Of a stretch of DNA of 64,000 nucleotides, positions 56,310 to 64,000 are shown piece by piece. This DNA is from Eledone cirrhosa. Lineage: Eukaryota. Below the pieces are notes generated by a model. That model searched no databases. It was not told where the DNA came from and saw only the letters and a program-made list of their open reading frames with translations. The translations under genes and the position numbers were made by a program. Numbering within the stretch: the stretch's first letter is position 1; every line of letters begins with the position of its first letter. Where the stretch lies: positions 310,186,001 through 310,250,000 of the forward strand of contig OZ024742.1 of assembly GCA_964016885.1 (NCBI GenBank), given 5' to 3'.

Positions 56310-57005
56310 AAATAAAAAATATATATGTATATATATATAGAGAGAAAAGGCCATATATAGAATAATTGTCTCTACTTTAGGCACAAGGCCAGCAATTACC
56401 CAGTGCATTACTGGTACTTTATTTTTATCGACCTCGTAAGGATGAAAGCCATATATAGAATAATGAACACAGTTTATTGTATACATACCAAATACATATT
56501 CTATAGAAGAATATGTACACCGGTTATTATGGCTCTAGATAATGTCTATTGGGCCTGCTTATTGAGATACACAAAATTCTAAACATATTTGATATGTTTT
56601 GATTATATATATATATACGAAATAACGTTCAGCCATCTTCGTTTTGCCCGAAGATAACTAAACTAGGAGGCATAAAATGTTTATTCGATATAGTGGTTGA
56701 TGTTTGAAACCTTAGGTAGCATGTAATTGTGTTGAGATTTAATAATTGTTTCTACTTTCTTTTGGCACAAGGCCATCAATTATTCCAGTGTATTACTCGT
56801 ACTTTATTTTATCGTAAGGATGAAAGGCAAAGTTAACCTCGGTGGGATTTGAACTCAGACCATAAAGGGTCGCAACTCTTTGCTGCATAGCATGGCGTCC
56901 GACCATCTACTGATACTACCATTTAATAATATAAGATATTTGGGCTTTGTACATTACATATACCGATTTTTCCCTAGATCTATTTCATCGGAAACTCTTC
57001 TCTCT

Positions 57006-57043
<38 letters not shown>

Positions 57044-57198
57044 TTATATACATACGTAACTTTACCAAAACACAGCCACTGTACTTGCTATTAACTAATG
57101 TGTGTGCACTCTGAACATCGAGGATAAGTTTCACTACTGCAATTATTGAGTACTCTGGTGCGTTATGGTCCATCTGGTTCCTTATCACATCTCCTTCG

Positions 57199-57253
<55 letters not shown>

Positions 57254-57465
57254 TATACATATACATATATATACATATATATATATATATACATATATAT
57301 ACATATATATACATATATATATACATATATATATATATACATATATATACATATATATATGTGTATATATATGTATATATATGTATATATATGACTTTCC
57401 AGGGATAACTTGAACCATTAAGGTATATTATCCTTGGTTATGTCAAATATTTATAAAACATTTTG

Positions 57466-57524
57466 TATTTTATCTGATGATAGCGTACCAAAATTTTGGT
57501 ACCCTTGAAATATATAATAGAATA
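57466..57524 (+). ncRNA. Minimal type I hammerhead (family E)
   Basis: TATTTTAT-CTGATGA-stem II GTACCAAAATTTTGGTAC-GAAA-TATA-TA-ATAGAATA; stem I extended by ATATTTATAAAAC/GTTTTATAAATAT. Confidence 0.75.
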
Positions 57525-57681
57525 AATATGGTTTTATAAATATAGTTTCCATTTATTTAATATCAATATATATATATATATATATATACGTTATTCCGGG
57601 TTGAATCGGAGGTAACCACAGTAAGATGATTTCTAATGAATGAAACAGTTCTAGTCCTGTAGAATCTCACCTATATTAAAA

Positions 57682-57732
<51 letters not shown>

Positions 57733-60079
57733 GCAAATTTCCTTTCACAAACATATACATATAAATATTTTTAATTTTGGCACAAGGCCAGCAATTATTG
57801 GGGTAAGGGAAGTCAGGTATGCTCTAATGTCTCTGTCAATCCACAGCCCTAACATATACATATAGTGCTTACATATATCAATCTAATAAAACATGTGCTG
57901 AATACCACCAAGTCCTTTGATGCTTTTAAAGAGAATCATCGCTGTTGTAATTATTCAGGAATACTTTTTGTGACCAGGTTAAGTTCATAGACAAAAGACT
58001 GTGAATTGACTGAATCGTTAGAGCATCGGATCAATTATCGTGCGGCATTTCCTCCGGCTCTGACCTCTTTGAGTTCAAATTCTGCTGGGGGTCAGTTCTT
58101 TTCCTTTTTCCTCTATCAAGTCGCTGGATTAGCGGAATTGTTAAACCCTCAGCGAGGTTGACCTTCAGGATGTTTTTCGAATCTGTGTTCTAGATTCAAA
58201 TTTCGTTTACCGTTAAAGGAGAAAATGATGATATAGAACTGGTAAGTCCTTAATAAAGTAAAACAACCTAGAAACCTCGTATCAGATATTGCCTTATAGG
58301 TGTCAGCTGTGACAACAGCAACAATTAGGGCCATAGTTCGGGCGTCAGTATAAGCAAGGAATTGTGGGATTATTAAACCTCACCAGTCTCAAAGTCTTTG
58401 CAAACGCCATAGGAGATACCTTTTCTCGCACTTCCTTGTATGTTTCTTCCAATTATGATGGTTGATACATCGCAGTATCATCTTTATATTCCTTAGTAAT
58501 GTAGCACATGAAACCAAGCACCCAGTCTTCGGCTGCGCAACAGCCATTCGGCATTAACAACTGTTTGAGTTTCTAATTCCAATCTCATAAGACTAACAGG
58601 CCTCATGTCTGTGTAATAAATCTTATTTTGAAGTGGCAATGTGCAGCGCCCAACAGTTTTAAACCCCAGAGAGAGAAAGTATAGGTCGTATTTTTTTCTT
58701 AAATACACAAGCGTATAAATATATGGATAGAAACAGTCATATAACAAGTGATACCCGCACTCGCTCGCAGACATACATACACAAACGCACACGTACACAA
58801 ATACGTATCTCATATAACCAGGAGATTTTACACGGCGATGTAACTTCGGTTTTTCTCTCCATTCTTGCTTTGAGGCATATAATACATGTTTTGTGTGCAT
58901 GAACACACACAACCTTCATACATACAAGCACGCGCACACACACATACTCATACATTCAGAGAGGTAAAATTACATCATAGGAGTATCATGTTAGGTGTTT
59001 AAAAAGCGTAAATACTGTGACATTCAATTTCACTTATTTCTTAATAGTATCGTCTACCAAGAAGCGGCAAACGATTTCGTCCCACTTCTGAGGCCTGGTC
59101 ACTCATACAATTCCATTGCAATATGAACTTGAAATAAATAGAATGGAGAGTACAAAATCGCAAATAGTACCAGTAATAAGTGTAGCTCTAGTTATAATGA
59201 ACATGAACTAAACAAAAAAAAAATAATCTATTCAATTCTTCAAAATGGTTCTAAAATAGCCCTGGTAAGCTCAACCCCTATCCCATCGAAGATATTTTCA
59301 ATTTAATAGCACAACTCACATTAAACTATCTGTACAGCGCATACGTTCCAACCTTGTCATGCCGGCCATAATCATGGGTACTGCCACCCGTAACGCAGAG
59401 AGACAGAACATATCCTAATACCGGAACTTGAACGACCGTTTCCTTTCCGTGGCGGTTACTGTCGAGACCACCAGAGTTTACTGTTCCTTGACTGCTGTTT
59501 TCCACCGTAAAATAGGACGAATGGCTGATGCAGTGTGTCACTGGCTAATCGCGGGGATGCTTTCACCGTCATACTTCTCCGCAGAGCGCAGCTTAGATAT
59601 ACTACTCTACAAAGGGTATAGAGTTAGCTTACTCTTCCCCCTTCCATTTCTTCTTCTTCTTCTTCTTCTTCTTCTTCTTCCTGAAAGGGTCGTGGGGGCA
59701 GAGTCCTTAAACACTCCTTCCAGTGGGTCCTATCAGAAGCAACCGTCTCCAACTGATCCGGCTGGATCCTTATATAATTTTCTTTCTTCCACCTGTTTCT
59801 GATTCATACATCCCCATATACAGCACCCAATGAAGTAGTACAAATAACACGAAACATACTCTATTTTTTCTCCACACATAACCAAAACTTACTCCATTCG
59901 ATCATCTTCAAACAGTGTTTTAAGTGATAAAATATTTAGAAATCAATCGGTCGAATGAATCCTCAGACTGGTTAAAATTTAGACCCCATTTAACTCTAAA
60001 AATTGTCGTATATAGACCACATTCTTCTAGTGAATTCTCTAGCGATTGTGCCGTTTCCTTTTTATGATAGGGTGAAGGT

Positions 60080-60300
60080 ACATGGATTAGTGGCTAGAGG
60101 GTTGGATTTGCAATCGCGAGGTTGCGAGTTCAATTCTTGGACCGGCTGATACGTTGTGTCCTTGAACAAGACACTTTATCTCACGTTGCTCCTTCTGCCA
60201 GGAGTTGCGACAAGAAGATAATATCAGCAATGGAAAGACCAATGGAAACATTGTTTCTTTGGTCCGATTATAAGGGGTCCACCCCACTCGGCAAGCGAAT
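60080..60300 (+). mobile_element. Second tRNA-SINE family copy
   Basis: A box TAGTGG, B box GAGTTCAATTC, GTTGTGTCCTTGAACAAGACACTT. Confidence 0.7.
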
Positions 60301-60707
60301 GAGGTCTGGAATCTTGTCGATCGATCAGAGCGAAAGGGTGAGATTTGTGGGTGATTTTGACTGCTATTTCTAGCAGATCAAGTGTCTCTGTAGAAGCTCT
60401 CTTGTTAGCTAAATGCCAATGCAAGTGGTCTAAATGACGCCATATATGCAGAAAAGTTTATGAAAGTATGAATGTATAAATGTAAGAGTGTACACATATA
60501 TATTAAGTCTGCGTAAGAACGTAGTTGTTTTGTCTGTGTGCGTTCATGCATAGATAAATTTACATATGTTCTCGTTATTTACACACTAATTCTATACATA
60601 GTCCTTTATAAACAGGCAATTCTATATTTGTGTATATTTGTGTATGTATGCATGTTATATATATATATATATATATATACTGTATATATATCTATATCTA
60701 TATATCT

Positions 60708-60787
<80 letters not shown>

Positions 60788-60854
60788 GTATATATATATG
60801 TATATATTATGTATATATATATGTCTAAATATATATAGACATATATATATATAC

Positions 60855-60887
<33 letters not shown>

Positions 60888-60984
60888 CATATATATATAC
60901 ACATATATATATACACACACACATATATACATATATATACACACATATATATATATATATACATATATATATACACACATATAT

Positions 60985-61015
<31 letters not shown>

Positions 61016-61105
61016 CACACATACACGTCAATTTAAGTGTCTCCGTGTATGATGGTTTCACTGTGGCACACAACCACAAGCCACACAAGACACAGGACAC
61101 ACACG

Positions 61106-61190
<85 letters not shown>

Positions 61191-61259
61191 ACACATGTAT
61201 AAATGTGTCTATGTATGATGATGATGATATGTATATATATGTGTCCGTGTGTGTGTAAT

Positions 61260-61303
<44 letters not shown>

Positions 61304-61386
61304 TATGTATGTACATATATATCTGTATATGTGCGTGCTTGTGTATATACACATATGTGAGCATATGTATATAATATATATATATG

Positions 61387-61424
<38 letters not shown>

Positions 61425-62200
61425 TATATATTTCATTGAATCTATCGTACAACTTCGATAAAGCAAAGAACTCAATACCAGTTAATTGTTTCTACTTTTG
61501 GCACAAGGCCAGCAATTACCCAGTAGATTACTGGTACTTTATTTTATCGACCCCGTAATGATGAAAGGCAAAGTTAACCTCGGCGGGATTTGAACTCAGA
61601 ATGGCAAGAGCCGTAACTCTATGCGCCAAAGCATGGCGTCCGACCCTCTACCGATACTGCCGATTCACCAGTTAATAATGAAGTAGAATGTGATACATAA
61701 ATTAACATAAATTAAAATTTTAGCTGAGAAAGCTAGATTGTTGAGGTGGAGACTCTCTTGTTTCGCCTTACCAATTGGCAGAATAATTAAAATACAGGAT
61801 AAGATTACGAAACCGATATTCGGAGAACTGTGTTGGTAAGTAGGAATGGTCCTTCATCGGTTTCGACGATGATTGTTCCAGTTTTCAAATCTGAAGAACA
61901 GCCTACTCATGAAATTAACGTATAATTGGCGAACATTTCACAGACACGTGGACCCTTAACTTACTCCTCAGGAAGATGCAGTATGATAGCGTGTAACAAG
62001 GATGGTAAATTGAGTTAGAGTTACTATTGCTCAGACGGGCCTCCAAATCGACCCCATAGGCATGGGTCGATTCGAAATTATGTTAAATGATTCTTGCTCA
62101 AGATGCCATGCGGCGGAATCAAACCAGGCGATCTTATAATTGCGAAGCGAACTTCTTAACCATTCGGTCATACTGCTTATACGAGACGTTAAAATATCTA

Positions 62201-62738
62201 TTCTCGGGTCTCGAATAATCACCCCCCCACCCTCCAACATTCCCACCCGCTTATTAATTTTTAAGATTCTTTTGCACACCCCCTCCCTCGCTTCTTAAAT
62301 GTTGCATAAAAAAAGATAAAGAAAATGATTACTCTTAGATCTTGAATAAACGACCCCCACCGCTTATTAATTTTTCAGATCTTTTCCAACCTCGCCGCTC
62401 TTATTTCAACCACCCAACTCTTATTCCAACCCCCTGCGTTTATTCTAACTCCCCTTCCACAAGTTTGCTAATCTATCTCCGGTGAAATCTTATTTCAAGT
62501 GATAGCATTACTGCGGTTACTAATTTTCGTTATAAATTAAAAAAACATTATACATGACAACAAATGTACATTACTAGAAATCCAATATATTATAAAATAA
62601 ATAGGATGGGTTGGGGTCTCAATATGTAAACTGATCGACTAATTCTGGTTTGTAAAAAATCAACGGAGACAACCTAGAACAATTACCGATTTTATAACCC
62701 CCGCTTAACCCACCCCCGTATTATTTGGGACTTGAGAG
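62201..62738. mobile_element. TA-flanked MITE, complete
   Basis: TA|TTCTCGGGTCTCGAATAAT...ATTATTTGGGACTTGAGAG|TA. Confidence 0.75.
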
Positions 62739-64000
62739 TAAATATATATAGAGAAGGCGGACTTAGACTTTCTTTATTTTCAGGATCTTGTTAAAAAAAT
62801 ATATATATATAACAATTATTATTTGTAATGCAAGTGAAGCTAACCTTTCGGAAAAATATACACTCTGCTATCCAAAACCCATAGCACGGAACGAAGGTAA
62901 CATAAGGGCAACAGCAACGAACTCACTCCTACATCAATGGCCAGTCAACGCAGGTGGATATAGAATGTGTAGCAACAAGTACGGTGCGACAGCATGGCGT
63001 CAGTCGGATGGCTGGAACGGGTAAAAGTATAAAGAGTAATAATGATTTCTGGTTTAGGCACAAGGCCTGTAATATGAAGGGGTGGGGAAAGTCGATTAAA
63101 TCGACCATAGTGTTACTAGTGCTTTATTTATTGACCCCGTAAGGATGAAAGGGAAAGCTAACCTCTGCGGGATTTGAACTCAGAGCGTAAAGGGCCGTGA
63201 AGCATATTGTCCGATGCTCTACCGATACTGTCAACCCAGCGCCCTAAAAAGCAGAATAATAACAAGGTTTAAAAAACGGACACAACTCTGTACAGGGGAA
63301 GAAAATTAATCAAATTATTAGTTTTAATTTCAATTTTTTTGATAAAGTTTGAATGTGCTGCAACTATGTTTGATATGTTTGATATGTGCACAATTATGGT
63401 CAAGTCTGTGCGTGCGTATTAGAACTTTCACCTCTGTACGTGACCATCACTGACTGTCACTGTTTCGATTACATCCGCCTAGAATAGACACCTTCATAAA
63501 CATTAAACTACCGACCAAATTTGATTCCACCCCGCTAGGTCCTCTTCCATACTACAGTTTCTTCTGCTTCCTAATTGTTACATAACACTTTTAGCTACAT
63601 CAATCTAACGTACTTACGTAACTCTTCTTAGACGACGAAACTTACACCACTTGTTAGAACATGTATTATACAAGCCAACGTATTCATTTGACTGGTTAGA
63701 AATAGTAGCTAAATCTCCAACAAATTACATTCGCCTTAAATACTACATTCAATAATGTAGTCCTAGTCACACACACAAAAGAAATGGTGTGGTATCGAGT
63801 GGAATAGTTTTCATTATAGGTTTGCTTAATCAACGTTGAACAAAACAACAAAATCCATCTAGAAATCCTTCCTATTTATGAAATTGACCGTCACCTTTAA
63901 ACAACGATGTATCCTGGACTACATTTTTAATAGGTTTATTTTTTAAAGTGTTGTTAGATGAGAATTTAGTTGCTATTTCTAGCAAGTTTACCGATCACAT

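Noticed and set aside
58260-58600. Coding-looking minus-strand stretch
   Set aside because: Stops in all frames and no recognisable motif.

Overview
Eukaryotic, AT-rich, microsatellite-saturated intergenic or intronic DNA. The SINE content and repeat style point to an octopod cephalopod (inference). No host protein-coding exon is recognisable, and nearly all listed ORFs are microsatellite artefacts. The window is a transposon mosaic. (1) At 47.1-55.8 kb, four same-orientation L1/Tx1-type LINE copies sit head-to-tail inside one (TATC)n microsatellite, with 16-21 bp TSDs that start on the ATCTAT motif. They have no poly(A) tail, a covarying 3'UTR structure and an intron-like ORF1/ORF2 spacer. 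(2) About ten type I hammerhead ribozyme motifs from several unrelated families lie in Penelope-like (Naiad-type) fragments and in 0.15-0.5 kb terminally redundant or 5'-inverted units, mostly within (TA)n. (3) The rest comprises nested non-autonomous Helitrons with exact A|TC...CTAG|T junctions, a pogo/Tigger element, CRE-like, RTE and Tc1 fragments, MITEs, about 20 tRNA-derived SINEs, a tRNA-like cloverleaf and minisatellites. All motifs were read by eye; no database search or folding program was run.
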